Shown: positions 28,922 to 38,768, counted from the stretch's first letter. The stretch: DNA of 64,000 nt from a virus (IMGVR_UViG_3300028603_000003); one strand, 5' to 3'. Numbers and translations are program-made. The notes: generated by a model not told the origin, from the letters alone.

Positions 28922-29230
28922 ATGCCTGTAGGTCCAGAAGTAACGCAAGAAATTGACAAAGCTTGGTTGAATTATGCTTTCGAAGAAATTGACAGAAAGC
29001 TAAAAAGCACAAAGTGGGTTTCCGAACACAGGATGGAATCTATTGATGGAAAAACCCAATGTTGGAAATTCTTGCTGGCCCGAGCCGGGGTTTCTAGCTC
29101 GACAATCGCAGAGCTAGCAGTAGCGTACAAAAAAGTTGGTTGGACTGAGGTACTAACTGAAGTTGTTGAAGAGTCTGGTCGTCCACCTACAGTCTCGGTT
29201 ATTCTTAAATTTGTGGAAAACAAGGAATGA
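28922..29230 (+). CDS. hypothetical protein
   Basis: ORF only. Confidence 0.35.
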   Translation: MPVGPEVTQEIDKAWLNYAFEEIDRKLKSTKWVSEHRMESIDGKTQCWKFLLARAGVSSSTIAELAVAYKKVGWTEVLTEVVEESGRPPTVSVILKFVENKE

Positions 29231-29475
29231 AAATGAAAAACCCTTTGTCTAAACTTACTCTTTGGCTTAAGCGAGACACTACTAGATGGTTCGAACTATT
29301 CTGCTATTTTTGGGTAGCGGGTTGTTTTGTGCTTCTCGCTTACTATAGGCCGGATGTTGTGATTGCGATGCTTTTTTCCGTCATGACCTGTGCTTCTATC
29401 GGAGTTGTATTCTTCAAAGTTATGAAGTATTTGGACTCTAGGATTGGCTCTTCAAAGGGGAGTGAAACGAAATGA
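29227..29475 (+). CDS. small membrane protein
   Basis: Two hydrophobic segments. Confidence 0.35.
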   Translation: MKMKNPLSKLTLWLKRDTTRWFELFCYFWVAGCFVLLAYYRPDVVIAMLFSVMTCASIGVVFFKVMKYLDSRIGSSKGSETK

Positions 29476-29897
29476 ATCTATTTGCTAGTAGCACACCAGA
29501 GTTTATCGATCTTTCCAGAAAGTTCACTGAGCTAAAGATTGAAAACGCAAGGCTGAATGTCGAACTAAAAGAAGAGCGAGAGAAGCACAAGTATGCCGAG
29601 TATGCCGCTCTCGCTGCCGAAGCAGAAGCACGAGATGTGGACACTCTAAACGAGTTACTGAGACAGGCTTACGAAGAATTAGATCACATCAAACAGGTAG
29701 AATTTCCTAGACGAGTCGAGCTTGTCGCAAAAGGCTGGCGGGAAAAGGTATCTAGACTTGAATCCGAACTCGAAGAACTCAAAAAATTGAATCTAGAAGG
29801 CAATACCAAGGTAAGCTGTGTGGTTGAACCTGCATTCGAGTTTAAGTATACCAGAAACATTCTCGAACAGGAGATGAGCAAATACCATGAAGACTGA
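29472..29897 (+). CDS. hypothetical coiled-coil protein
   Basis: ORF with heptad-like charged repeats. Confidence 0.4.
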   Translation: MNLFASSTPEFIDLSRKFTELKIENARLNVELKEEREKHKYAEYAALAAEAEARDVDTLNELLRQAYEELDHIKQVEFPRRVELVAKGWREKVSRLESELEELKKLNLEGNTKVSCVVEPAFEFKYTRNILEQEMSKYHED

Positions 29898-30258
29898 AGA
29901 ACTCGTTTATAACGCAATGTGCAAAGCTTTTAACCTAGGCCAAAGGAATCGGGAATTGTCTTCTTCAGAAGACTTTACTTGGAAAAAGGCAGACGAACTC
30001 ATAGACGAGTTCATTAAGCTTGCAGAAAACACAAAAAAACTGGTTAGCTCCCAAGAAGAAAAACAAGAACCGCAGATTGCTTTGTCTGGTCGGAAATTTT
30101 CTCTTTCGAAAACCGGAGATTTCATCCAAGACGAAAAGTTTGACTTCGACGCTGGCTTTAAGCTTAGCGGAGATTTCGTGTCCGAAGAACAACAGCGAGC
30201 GTATGCCAATATGATTGTCGATGCTCTAAACGAAGCTGCCAAGGGGGCCGCAAAATGA
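29887..30258 (+). CDS. hypothetical protein
   Basis: ORF only. Confidence 0.4.
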   Translation: MKTEELVYNAMCKAFNLGQRNRELSSSEDFTWKKADELIDEFIKLAENTKKLVSSQEEKQEPQIALSGRKFSLSKTGDFIQDEKFDFDAGFKLSGDFVSEEQQRAYANMIVDALNEAAKGAAK

Positions 30259-30518
30259 AAGTAGTTGTCAATAAAGAAGATTGTTTTAAGCCCGTCACGT
30301 TCAACATCACCTGCGAAACTCCAGAAGAGTTGTTTGCACTTTGGTACAGGTTTAACCTCCATTACAATAAGGTGATTTCTAATTCTAAATTTTCTACCAC
30401 AAGGCAGGGAAGGGTTCCAACCGGAATTATAGATGACCGCGTCCCTAATACCTACCCCGTCTTTGATGCCATTAATGAGGTTGTTTGCGAATATTTGGAA
30501 AGTCTTGAGGATAATTGA
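30255..30518 (+). CDS. hypothetical protein
   Basis: ORF only. Confidence 0.35.
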   Translation: MKVVVNKEDCFKPVTFNITCETPEELFALWYRFNLHYNKVISNSKFSTTRQGRVPTGIIDDRVPNTYPVFDAINEVVCEYLESLEDN

Positions 30519-30521
30519 ACT

Positions 30522-30764
30522 ATGGAAAATCAATCAAACAATATCAAAAAAGAAATCGTGCAGACCGCTCTCAATCTGTTAGAATATGATGATGCGTTTC
30601 CCCAAGTTGGTATGGGGATGAACTATCGAACCGCAGTCTTCGAGGCCATTAAAGTCGTCAAGTCACAGGCACTAACATTTGGCTTGACACTTGAAGTGGA
30701 TTCTACTATAATTGACTCTGCTGTGAACGAAGTAGCTGAACAACGATCATACAGAATTCGATAA
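30522..30764 (+). CDS. hypothetical protein
   Basis: ORF only. Confidence 0.35.
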   Translation: MENQSNNIKKEIVQTALNLLEYDDAFPQVGMGMNYRTAVFEAIKVVKSQALTFGLTLEVDSTIIDSAVNEVAEQRSYRIR

Positions 30765-30783
30765 TAAACGCACAGGAGCAGTC

Positions 30784-31050
30784 ATGGACACCAAGCTGAA
30801 TCACGCACAAGTCAAGCGAGAAGTAATCGAAGACTTGATCAAAGTTTTCGAGGCTTCTGGGGTTGAATACACTTGCAGGGCAGTTTTCGTTTCTGTGGTG
30901 CGCCCAAAAGCGAACTACTACGCCCACACCCTGTGGGCTGCTGGCTACACATTCAGCAGGTCCAGTTATTTTCCAGTAACTGCGGCACGAGACAACTTTG
31001 CGAGTTGGGCGGCGAACGAATACCATGAGAGGTACTTTAACTTTAAATGA
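30784..31050 (+). CDS. hypothetical protein
   Basis: ORF only. Confidence 0.35.
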   Translation: MDTKLNHAQVKREVIEDLIKVFEASGVEYTCRAVFVSVVRPKANYYAHTLWAAGYTFSRSSYFPVTAARDNFASWAANEYHERYFNFK

Positions 31051-31268
31051 AGTCTCTCTCCATTTGGATTGTCGTCATCTTGGCCGCGTCATATGCTGTC
31101 GGCTACTTCTTCGAGCGACAGATTAACGATTCACAAAAATATTGTGAATCTTATGGTGGTAAGCTGGAGAAGACTCGCAGAGGATATGTTTGTCTCCGCG
31201 AAGACGGAACAGAAATTGACATTTGGACAAAGCCGAGTCATAATATTTGGAGTGTAATTAATGGATAA
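31047..31268 (+). CDS. small protein with N-terminal TM/signal segment
   Basis: N-terminus SLSIWIVVILAASYAVGYFF. Confidence 0.35.
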   Translation: MKSLSIWIVVILAASYAVGYFFERQINDSQKYCESYGGKLEKTRRGYVCLREDGTEIDIWTKPSHNIWSVING

Positions 31269-31411
31269 TCAAACAAAAGAAATCATTGCCCAACTTCGCG
31301 AACAGTTCAAAAAGGAAGTTTCAGCTAAAAACTCTTGGGGCAAGAACGAAGTCCTTGTCATGTACGACAAGGTTGTTGCGGATGTGCTAATCTCTCGGCT
31401 CGGACAGTAAA

Positions 31412-31951
31412 ATGGCAGAAACCTTCATCATTTCTGACACGCACTGGGGCCACGCCAACTCTCTAACTTTTAAGAAGTCAGACGGATCGCCGCTGCGAGA
31501 CTTCGCTTCTGTGCAAGAAATGGACGAGCACATGGTCCAGTGTTGGAACTCTGTTGTACGTCCACAAGACAAAGTCATCCATCTTGGGGATGTGGTGATT
31601 AACAAGAAGTATCTGGAGATTCTTCGTCGTCTGAACGGAAAGAAGAAGCTTATCATGGGAAACCATGACATCTTCGACATGAAGTATTATACCGAACACT
31701 TCTACGAGATGAAGGCTTATCGAGTATTTGACAAGCACATCATGAGCCACATTCCGGTCCACAAGTCTTCCATCGGTCGATTTGTAGCAAACGTTCACGG
31801 ACACACTCACTCGGAGAAGGTTCTACTCGAAGACGGCACCGTCGATCCGTATTACATTTCGATGTGTGTTGAGCAAAAGCACGTCAACTACACTCCGGTT
31901 CCTTGGTATCGGGTAAAAGAAATTCTAAAGGCTCGGGGGATTTATGACTGA
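31412..31951 (+). CDS. calcineurin-like metallophosphoesterase (YfcE/MJ0936-like)
   Basis: Metal-binding motifs ISDTHWGH, HLGDVV, GNHD, GHTH. Confidence 0.7.
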   Translation: MAETFIISDTHWGHANSLTFKKSDGSPLRDFASVQEMDEHMVQCWNSVVRPQDKVIHLGDVVINKKYLEILRRLNGKKKLIMGNHDIFDMKYYTEHFYEMKAYRVFDKHIMSHIPVHKSSIGRFVANVHGHTHSEKVLLEDGTVDPYYISMCVEQKHVNYTPVPWYRVKEILKARGIYD

Positions 31952-32162
31952 AGCGTTTGAAGACCTTAAACAAAAGGTCGCCAAGAAAGTCAAGCTAATC
32001 CAGAAGCACAAAGAAGAGCTTAGCAAGCTGTACGCTAAGTGTACGCACGAAGAGACATACAAGAAAGAGTGGTATTTTGCGGAGGACGGTTACAACAGCT
32101 ATACAACTATTGACACTAAGTGTGTTGTATGTGATAAAGTTCTACAGTCTGTAGACAGGTGA
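31944..32162 (+). CDS. hypothetical protein with CxxC pair
   Basis: ORF only. Confidence 0.3.
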   Translation: MTEAFEDLKQKVAKKVKLIQKHKEELSKLYAKCTHEETYKKEWYFAEDGYNSYTTIDTKCVVCDKVLQSVDR

Positions 32163-32172
32163 TTCCGCATAG

Positions 32173-32382
32173 ATGACAATTATTCGACTCTTCCACGATG
32201 TTGCCAACTTTGACGAACTCTTAGACACGATGCCCGAAGAAACCTTGACTGAGTTTAAGGACATGTGGTTTAATGATCTTCGGGATTATGAGCACGAGAC
32301 AGACGAAAGTTTTAAGGACTCTGCCAACAATATCCTTTCTTATTTCGGAAGTTGTTGGCAGAGTCCTCGAATTTTCTTATGA
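32173..32382 (+). CDS. hypothetical acidic small protein
   Basis: ORF only. Confidence 0.3.
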   Translation: MTIIRLFHDVANFDELLDTMPEETLTEFKDMWFNDLRDYEHETDESFKDSANNILSYFGSCWQSPRIFL

Positions 32383-32432
32383 CCATAAACTAGACGCATT
32401 TGTCTGGCTTTGTCAATATGTTGGGACAGACT

Positions 32433-32888
32433 TCATTGATTAAAAAGAAACTCCCTAAACTCTGCGATGTCTTGTTTGCCGAGCGCCCAGTTCTTGTAAA
32501 TTTTACTTCTAATATTGGAATTTAAAAAATCTTCGGACTCTAGTGCGCCATAAAAGTATAACGCGAACTCTTCACAGTAAAGCAAGCTTGACTTAGAGTA
32601 ACAAAAATTTAGAATCTCTCTGGTAAAATTTTGTGTCCCTCCGTCTTCGGCAATCATTTCCTTGATTGTGGGTGACGAAGACCAATAGGTTTTCCAGTCA
32701 GATTCTTTTTTTATTTTCTTCTTTACACCCTTCACCGTCTTGGTTCCGGCAGCTTGAAGTAGCTTCTTGCCAATGTATCTCTTTCCAGTTGGCTTGTGCA
32801 CGATCAGATAGATGAAGCCTAGAGCTTCGCGGTGCTTTTCTGGGATGTCTTCTAGAGTGTTGATTTCTTGATCTTTGTATTTCCACAT
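32433..32888 (-). CDS. GIY-YIG domain protein (free-standing homing endonuclease candidate)
   Basis: GFIYLIVHKPTGKRYIGKK matches GIY-x10-YIG. It is the only convincing minus-strand gene in a + strand block, as expected for an HE insertion. Confidence 0.5.
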   Translation of the reverse strand: MWKYKDQEINTLEDIPEKHREALGFIYLIVHKPTGKRYIGKKLLQAAGTKTVKGVKKKIKKESDWKTYWSSSPTIKEMIAEDGGTQNFTREILNFCYSKSSLLYCEEFALYFYGALESEDFLNSNIRSKIYKNWALGKQDIAEFREFLFNQ

Positions 32889-32896
32889 GTTATAAT
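32868..32896 (+). promoter_or_regulatory. sigma70-like promoter TTGATC-N17-TATAAT for the downstream + strand genes
   Basis: Lies inside the 5' end of the minus-strand GIY-YIG gene. Confidence 0.4.
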
Positions 32897-32929
32897 GTAC
32901 CTCAAGTTAGATGATTGGAGAAACTATTT

Positions 32930-33190
32930 ATGAAGCTGGTAGACGTGAATGAGCACACCCTGCGAGATGTTGGAGTCAAACAATGTTTCGAATGGGTAAA
33001 GACTGGAAAGTGGAAGTTTGTGCATTATCTACAATGGCTTAAGGCTAAAGGCATCAATAGTGATAGGGACGTGTTTTTCGGGAGAACTTTAATTCACACC
33101 CCGAACGCGGCACTATCCTACGAGCGAATCAAAGTTGGGTTGTGGGGCACTCGACAGTTCACTATTTGGCTCAATCAAAAGTTTTTCTGA
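32930..33190 (+). CDS. hypothetical protein
   Basis: ORF with ATG 32930. Confidence 0.35.
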   Translation: MKLVDVNEHTLRDVGVKQCFEWVKTGKWKFVHYLQWLKAKGINSDRDVFFGRTLIHTPNAALSYERIKVGLWGTRQFTIWLNQKFF

Positions 33191-33200
33191 GGATATAGAA

Positions 33201-33407
33201 ATGGAATTCGTAAAGGTTGTTGTGACTTCGAAGAATCATCTTGAAGCAAAAGATCGAAAGAAGATTATTAACTTCCTCAATCGAGAGATTTCTTATCCTT
33301 GGGGGATTAAGTTTCAAGTTGGTGTACCTCGGGTTGAGATAAGCGAACATCCAAATCTTTCAAATGAATCGACCGAGCGTTTCCTAGACATTCTCCATGG
33401 AATCTAA
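33201..33407 (+). CDS. hypothetical protein
   Basis: RBS gaggatatagaa before ATG. Confidence 0.35.
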   Translation: MEFVKVVVTSKNHLEAKDRKKIINFLNREISYPWGIKFQVGVPRVEISEHPNLSNESTERFLDILHGI

Positions 33408-33606
33408 TCTTAGTTCAACAAAGCCGAAGTTGTATAGGGTCGGCACAGTACACATCGGCCAAACAGAATTTCTTGAATCAGACGTTGTGGTTGGGTACAA
33501 TATCAGTGATGCCATAACACAGGCAGGAAAGCTATTCGAACTCGGCCACGACAAAACATTCATGGCTGAACAATTACTATGGAGTTACAATGTCAGAATT
33601 TTTTAA
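33397..33606 (+). CDS. hypothetical protein
   Basis: ORF only. Confidence 0.3.
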   Translation: MESNLSSTKPKLYRVGTVHIGQTEFLESDVVVGYNISDAITQAGKLFELGHDKTFMAEQLLWSYNVRIF

Positions 33607-33925
33607 GAGCGATTACAACGAAACAAAGAAGGCGCAGTTTGAACGAGATGTGGACGCGGTTCTAAAGGACATTGGCGATCTTCTTAAGAAGAAGAACGCT
33701 TCTTATGGTGACAGTGTTCTTGACCCTGTCCGAATCTTCTCTAAGGCTAGTCCAACAGAGCAGCTAAGGGTCAGAATTGACGATAAGCTATCGCGACTTG
33801 CTCGTGGAGAACCGGGGCTTATCAAGGAAGACGTTGTTAAAGACCTGATTGGGTATCTGATTATCGACCAGATTGCTGCACTCAGAGCGGTCAGAGCGGA
33901 AAAAGGTTGGAATCCAGCAGGCTAA
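33590..33925 (+). CDS. hypothetical protein (occupies the rpbA position upstream of gene 45)
   Basis: ORF. Positional analogy only. Confidence 0.35.
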   Translation: MSEFFKSDYNETKKAQFERDVDAVLKDIGDLLKKKNASYGDSVLDPVRIFSKASPTEQLRVRIDDKLSRLARGEPGLIKEDVVKDLIGYLIIDQIAALRAVRAEKGWNPAG

Positions 33926-33942
33926 CAAAAAAGGAATACATT

Positions 33943-34674
33943 ATGAATCTATCGCAACAAACAACACAGCTACTAAAAAACTTCTCACACATCAACTCAA
34001 ATCTGATTGTCAAGGCGGGTAATCAGCTTCGCACAATTTCCGTGACAAAGGAAACTTTTGTCAAGGCTACACTACCCGAAGAGTTTGAACGAGACTTCCA
34101 GATTTATGACCTCAACGAATTTCTCGGGGTCATGTCGATGTTTGATTCTCCCGACATCCAATTCTTCAACAATTACCTTACAGTTTCTAAGGGTAATGCT
34201 GCTGTTAAGTATCACTATGGCGACCTTGACGTTTTCCGCCCGGACCCAAGCAAGACCGACATCTATAAGCTGAATGTCAAGATGCCTGCGCCAGAAGTGC
34301 AGTTCGTACTAACACAAAACGATTTACAGGCTCTACAACGGGCTTGTAACCTTCTCAAGCTACCGAGCATCGTATTCGAGGCGAAGGGCGACGGCAAGGT
34401 CTGTGCTCGCGTCCTAGACCCCAATTCTCCGCTATCTAACAACTATTCGGTTGAACTGGACTGCGTGCATTATAACAAGTTCCAGTTTATCTATGCTGTG
34501 GAAAATCTTCGCCTAATTCCGGGGGAGTACAAGGTAAGTCTGTCTTCTCACAAGATCAGCCTCTTTGAGCTTCAAGGCGTTGACGGCTACGTGGTGGAAT
34601 ACTACATTGCCCCCCACATGGATTCTACCTACGATGCAGATTCCGAAGCTGAAGAAGATGACCCTCCATTCTAA
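33943..34674 (+). CDS. 45: gp45 sliding clamp
   Basis: TTQLLKNFSHINSNLIVKAG and IYDLNEFLGVMS align to T4 gp45 TTALLKNFATINSGI and IYDLNGFLGILS. Acidic C-terminal tail. Confidence 0.85.
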   Translation: MNLSQQTTQLLKNFSHINSNLIVKAGNQLRTISVTKETFVKATLPEEFERDFQIYDLNEFLGVMSMFDSPDIQFFNNYLTVSKGNAAVKYHYGDLDVFRPDPSKTDIYKLNVKMPAPEVQFVLTQNDLQALQRACNLLKLPSIVFEAKGDGKVCARVLDPNSPLSNNYSVELDCVHYNKFQFIYAVENLRLIPGEYKVSLSSHKISLFELQGVDGYVVEYYIAPHMDSTYDADSEAEEDDPPF

Positions 34675-34916
34675 AAACAAAAGTAAGATTGTTACTAGCT
34701 ACACTGTTTGCAAACCAATCCCCGGAATTTGCAAACAGTGGGCAGTGTGGATTCATGTTGAAAGTGCAGAAGGTGGGGAGTATTCTTCACCCTTAATCTA
34801 CCTACAACGACCAAAGTGGTTCACAGACGACGAAGAGTGGGAGAAGGTTTGCAACAGCGTGCATGTGGAGAACATTACTCGCGACATGCTTAGAAATATT
34901 TGACTGCGCACCCAAA

Positions 34917-34956
34917 GGGATGTTACCTTTTATAACTGAGGGTGGCATCCCTTTTC
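34917..34956 (+). terminator. hairpin plus T-run between genes 45 and 44
   Basis: gggatg-N23-catccc followed by ttttcaattt. Confidence 0.4.
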
Positions 34957-34975
34957 AATTTGATGGAGAAAATTT

Positions 34976-35929
34976 ATGACTGATGTAAGCGTTAACCTTA
35001 AAGAATTCTTGTGGTTTCAGAAGTATCGCCCAAACAAGGTAAAAGAAACAATTCTTCCCGATAACATCAAGACCGCATTCCAAGGATTTGTTGATCAGGA
35101 TCGAGTACCAAATCTGATTCTGAATGGCTCTCGTGGTATCGGCAAGACTACAATTGCTATTGCGATGTGTGAAGAAGTCGGCGCAGATTACCTATTCATC
35201 AATGCTTCAGAAGACTCTGGCATCGACACGATCCGAACCACGATTCGGAACTTTGCTTCTTCCTATTCTATCTCCAAGTCACAGAAGGTAATCATCCTAG
35301 ACGAAGCAGACGGACTAAGTCCAAACGCGCAGGGCGCACTTAAGTCGAGCATTGAGGAATTTTCCAAGTCCTGTTCGTTCATCTTTACTTGCAATCTTTT
35401 AAACAAAATCATCGAACCAATTCAATCGCGGTGCTCTGTGATCGACTTCAAGATTGCCCCTTCAGAGAAACCAAAACTGGCAGGTGAATTCTATAAGCGT
35501 TGCTGTCAGATTCTGAAGCTAGAAGAAGTTAGCTTTAACAAGACTGTGGTTGCAGAGGTTGTCACCAAGCACTTCCCCGACTTTCGACGAGTCCTTAACG
35601 AACTTCAGCGGTATTCTATTGGCAAGGTGCTAGACGTTGGTGTGCTCGCAAATCTTGAAGATGAAAAGTTTGCAGAGCTAATTTCTGCGCTGAAGGAAAA
35701 GCGTTTCAACGATGTTCGCAAATGGGTGGCTAACAACTCTGACATCGATTCAGACACTCTCTATCGAGAGCTATATGACAAGTCAGCAGAAGTTTGTCAA
35801 CCACAATCAATCCCAGAACTGGTGATGGTGATCGCAGACTATGCTTACAAATCGGCATTTGTTATCGACAAGGAAATCAACACCATGGCTTGTATGACTG
35901 AACTAATGCTAAAGGTAAATTGGAAATGA
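34976..35929 (+). CDS. 44: gp44 clamp-loader large subunit (AAA+)
   Basis: Walker A LILNGSRGIGKTTIA, Walker B VIILDEADG, and an SRC/sensor region. Confidence 0.85.
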   Translation: MTDVSVNLKEFLWFQKYRPNKVKETILPDNIKTAFQGFVDQDRVPNLILNGSRGIGKTTIAIAMCEEVGADYLFINASEDSGIDTIRTTIRNFASSYSISKSQKVIILDEADGLSPNAQGALKSSIEEFSKSCSFIFTCNLLNKIIEPIQSRCSVIDFKIAPSEKPKLAGEFYKRCCQILKLEEVSFNKTVVAEVVTKHFPDFRRVLNELQRYSIGKVLDVGVLANLEDEKFAELISALKEKRFNDVRKWVANNSDIDSDTLYRELYDKSAEVCQPQSIPELVMVIADYAYKSAFVIDKEINTMACMTELMLKVNWK

Positions 35930-36153
35930 AGCCCGCCAATTGTCCTCTGTGTGGACACCACATGGAATTCGACTACCATGGAACTGCACTGGAAATCTAC
36001 GGAAATGTTTATCAGAGCGTGATTCTTGAGTGCTCGAACGACAAGTGTGAAACAAGTTTTGGTGCTTCCACTGACCTGACCGTGTTCGAAATAACAGAGT
36101 CTCAGATTGTATCCGCTTGGAATTTGATTGTGAACGGGGTAAATTGGAAATGA
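35926..36153 (+). CDS. small zinc-ribbon protein inserted between gene 44 and downstream genes
   Basis: CPLCGHH...C..DKC. Bracketed by the 17-nt direct repeat ggtaaattggaaatgaa (35914 and 36138). Both copies supply the VNWK-stop of one gene and the ATG of the next. Confidence 0.45.
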   Translation: MKPANCPLCGHHMEFDYHGTALEIYGNVYQSVILECSNDKCETSFGASTDLTVFEITESQIVSAWNLIVNGVNWK

Positions 36154-36476
36154 ACAAAGAAGATATTAAGCTTTTGAAGAAGGCTGCTAATGCTGCTGGT
36201 CTAGAAGTAATTGGCTATAGTGCAAAGACGGGGCTTCGGGTTCGAGCAAAGGAAAGTGAAACCGGGTACAAATGGAATCCACTAAAAAACTTGGGTGATG
36301 CTTTATGGTTGGCTATTACACTTGAGATGGACTTGGACCTAAGCATTGCAATGCAACCAGAAGCCGACGTTTCCGCCGCTGTTTACTACGAAGATACCGT
36401 TAGCATTGACTGTGAAGGCGACCCCTACTCTGCAACATGTAGAGCAATTGTTATGGCTGCTGCCTCTACAGTGTGA
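36150..36476 (+). CDS. hypothetical protein
   Basis: ATG inside the second repeat copy. Confidence 0.4.
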   Translation: MNKEDIKLLKKAANAAGLEVIGYSAKTGLRVRAKESETGYKWNPLKNLGDALWLAITLEMDLDLSIAMQPEADVSAAVYYEDTVSIDCEGDPYSATCRAIVMAAASTV

Positions 36477-36482
36477 AGAAAA

Positions 36483-36668
36483 ATGATGACTCATGAAGAA
36501 CTACTTGACTCGGAAATAGATAAGGCAATAGACAGTCTGCCAGAAGACATCGAAGCGATGTACGCAATGTTCGGAGACAGGCTTCCAAATCCAAATCAAT
36601 ACCCGAGATGCTTTCAACACTACGCTAAGCTTTACTTACATATGAAAAGGTTGAAGAATGAAATTTAA
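36483..36668 (+). CDS. hypothetical small protein
   Basis: ORF only. Confidence 0.3.
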   Translation: MMTHEELLDSEIDKAIDSLPEDIEAMYAMFGDRLPNPNQYPRCFQHYAKLYLHMKRLKNEI

Positions 36669-37452
36669 ACTAGTAGAATCTGGCAATCCATACACCAAAC
36701 AACTTTCCTTTGGCATTCGCAGTCTAGACGAAGAAAGAGGATTCAATCAAATTTGGTTGTACCTTTTTAATAGATTCTGGTACTGGAATATCGACAAGCA
36801 AATTGTCAAATCTCAGAAGAAGTGGGTTGACACTTCGCATTACGAATGGGCCACCAAGGACGAAAATGGAAAGTCTGGATACACAGACTATATTCAAGTA
36901 GAGTATAGCATTGCAATTCGAAACGACAGTATTTCTTTGCAATGTGGACCAAAGTTAGATTGTTGGCCGAACAAATATTCAAAGTACATCAGCTTTCCGT
37001 GGAAGGATGCCCGGACAACTTCTGTCACGTTCTTTGAATACAACCCAAAAACCAAGGAACTAAAGACGTTTAAGCGACTAGGAGAAGAAAAGACTCCCAT
37101 TCTCGAAATCATGGAAATAGAAAAGGAAGTTCCAAAGTTTAAGATTGCTTTTAATGATTACGACGGAACAGAGGTTGTAGCAACATGCTACGTCCAAGAG
37201 CGTAGATGGAAGTACGGTGTGAGGTGGACAAAGTTTCTTGGGCTGTTCCAAAAAGAAAACGTCCGCAGAGTTGTCTACTTCAGGTTCGACAAGGAAACCG
37301 GAACTGAAAAGGGTAGCTGGAAGGGCGGAACTCTTGGGTCTGGGTGTGACTTAGAAATTGGACAAGACCCCTTCGAGGCGTTTAAAATCTACGCTGCATC
37401 CAATAGCCATGACAAGCGACCTTTCACCAATGTAAGACTTCTAGAGGAATAA
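36658..37452 (+). CDS. hypothetical W-rich protein
   Basis: ORF only. Confidence 0.45.
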   Translation: MKFKLVESGNPYTKQLSFGIRSLDEERGFNQIWLYLFNRFWYWNIDKQIVKSQKKWVDTSHYEWATKDENGKSGYTDYIQVEYSIAIRNDSISLQCGPKLDCWPNKYSKYISFPWKDARTTSVTFFEYNPKTKELKTFKRLGEEKTPILEIMEIEKEVPKFKIAFNDYDGTEVVATCYVQERRWKYGVRWTKFLGLFQKENVRRVVYFRFDKETGTEKGSWKGGTLGSGCDLEIGQDPFEAFKIYAASNSHDKRPFTNVRLLEE

Positions 37453-37455
37453 TCC

Positions 37456-37851
37456 GTGAGCGAAAATCAAAAATCAAGTCCCTTCGATTATGTAAGAGCG
37501 ATCAGGACCAAGAAAGGGACTTGGTCTGATTTCGACTCTAAGCAATACATCCCTTACATTGTGAACCGCGCACTGTCATTTGACATGCAGAGTTTGTTTC
37601 ATGCAAATGAAATGAACAAACAAACGGTCTTGCCGCACAAGGCGCAGTTCGAATTCTATCTAAATAGTGTCAGCAAACTTAGCGGATACAGTCCTTGGAT
37701 CAAGGCAGAGAAGGTAGAAAACATTCAATACGTCAAGTCCTTTTATGATGTGTCCACTGAGAAAGCTAAGGAAATCTTGAATCTTCTTAGCGAGGATCAG
37801 GTTGATTATATAAAAACAAAAGTGACGAACAAGGACACAAAAAATGAATGA
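37456..37851 (+). CDS. 62: clamp-loader small subunit gp62 (divergent)
   Basis: GTG start with gagga RBS. Blocks KQYIPYIVNRALSF and SGYSPWIK align to T4 gp62 KDYSKFMVENALSQF and GKRYGKWAK. Directly upstream of regA, as in T4. Confidence 0.45.
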   Translation: MSENQKSSPFDYVRAIRTKKGTWSDFDSKQYIPYIVNRALSFDMQSLFHANEMNKQTVLPHKAQFEFYLNSVSKLSGYSPWIKAEKVENIQYVKSFYDVSTEKAKEILNLLSEDQVDYIKTKVTNKDTKNE

Positions 37852-38248
37852 AGATGTATTTAAAGGATATGGCATTGAAGTTGAACTAACCGATCCTGAT
37901 GACTTTCTAATCCTAAGAGAAACCCTTACTCGAATTGGAATCCCTAGCTCCACAGAGAAGAAGCTTACACAGTCTTGCCACCTGCTACACAAACGAGGCA
38001 GATATGCCATCATGCACTTTAAAGAGATGTTTGGCATCGATGGCAAGAAAGCCACTATTGAGGAAGACGACCTCCTAAGACGAAACACGGTGGCATTTCT
38101 TCTTGAAGACTGGGGGCTGTGCAAAATTTTAAATCCTGTTTCAATCAAAAACCGACTCGAACTTTCAAAAATCAAGATTGTGCCATACGAGGACAAAAAG
38201 AGTTGGGAACTGGTTCCCAAGTATCATTTCGGTACAGGTAAAAAGTAA
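37844..38248 (+). CDS. regA: translational repressor RegA
   Basis: Extensive identity to T4 RegA (DFLILRETLTRIGI, QSCHLLHKRGRYAIMHFKEMFGIDGK, VAFLLEDWGL, WELVPKY). Confidence 0.9.
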   Translation: MNEDVFKGYGIEVELTDPDDFLILRETLTRIGIPSSTEKKLTQSCHLLHKRGRYAIMHFKEMFGIDGKKATIEEDDLLRRNTVAFLLEDWGLCKILNPVSIKNRLELSKIKIVPYEDKKSWELVPKYHFGTGKK

Positions 38249-38324
38249 AAGGCCAAGTTGAAGTGCCTTGGACTTCTAAAACTTCAACAAACTTTACTTG
38301 CTTAATATAAAGGAGTATTATAAA

Positions 38325-38768
38325 ATGACCACACTATTCGATCTACACAAGGCTACCACTCGGGACATCAAGAGCATTTTTGATCACGCCGAGGAACTTC
38401 TTCGCGCTACACAAAAGCAAATGGAAATCAAGTGGCCCCCATACGACATCGTCAAGACAGACGAAAACAAGTATGTAATCCGACTCGCTGTTGCAGGTTT
38501 CGGGGAACAAGACATTGAGATTGATGTTTCTGGCGATGTTCTAACTGTCAAGGCTGATGCGAAGAAGACTGAGACAGACGAAGAAGTAATCTACAAGGGA
38601 ATCGCAAATCGAGGTTTTGTTCGCGCTTGGACACTTAACGACAAGGTTGAGGTCAAGAACGCGACACTCGTTAACGGAATGCTATCAGTTTATCTAGAAA
38701 AGATGAAGGAAATTAATGATAGCTTCAAGGTTCCCATCAACGGGAAACAAACTCTTCTGAACGAGTGA
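38325..38768 (+). CDS. small heat-shock protein (Hsp20/IbpA-like)
   Basis: Aligns with E. coli IbpA: YPPYN..DENHYRIAIAVAGF versus WPPYDIVKTDENKYVIRLAVAGF. ACD motif GIANRGFVRAW. Confidence 0.8.
   Translation: MTTLFDLHKATTRDIKSIFDHAEELLRATQKQMEIKWPPYDIVKTDENKYVIRLAVAGFGEQDIEIDVSGDVLTVKADAKKTETDEEVIYKGIANRGFVRAWTLNDKVEVKNATLVNGMLSVYLEKMKEINDSFKVPINGKQTLLNE

Noticed and set aside
38285-38325. Possible MotA-box (TTGCTTAA) middle promoter before the sHSP gene.
   Set aside because: The only plausible -10 would place the transcription start after the start codon.
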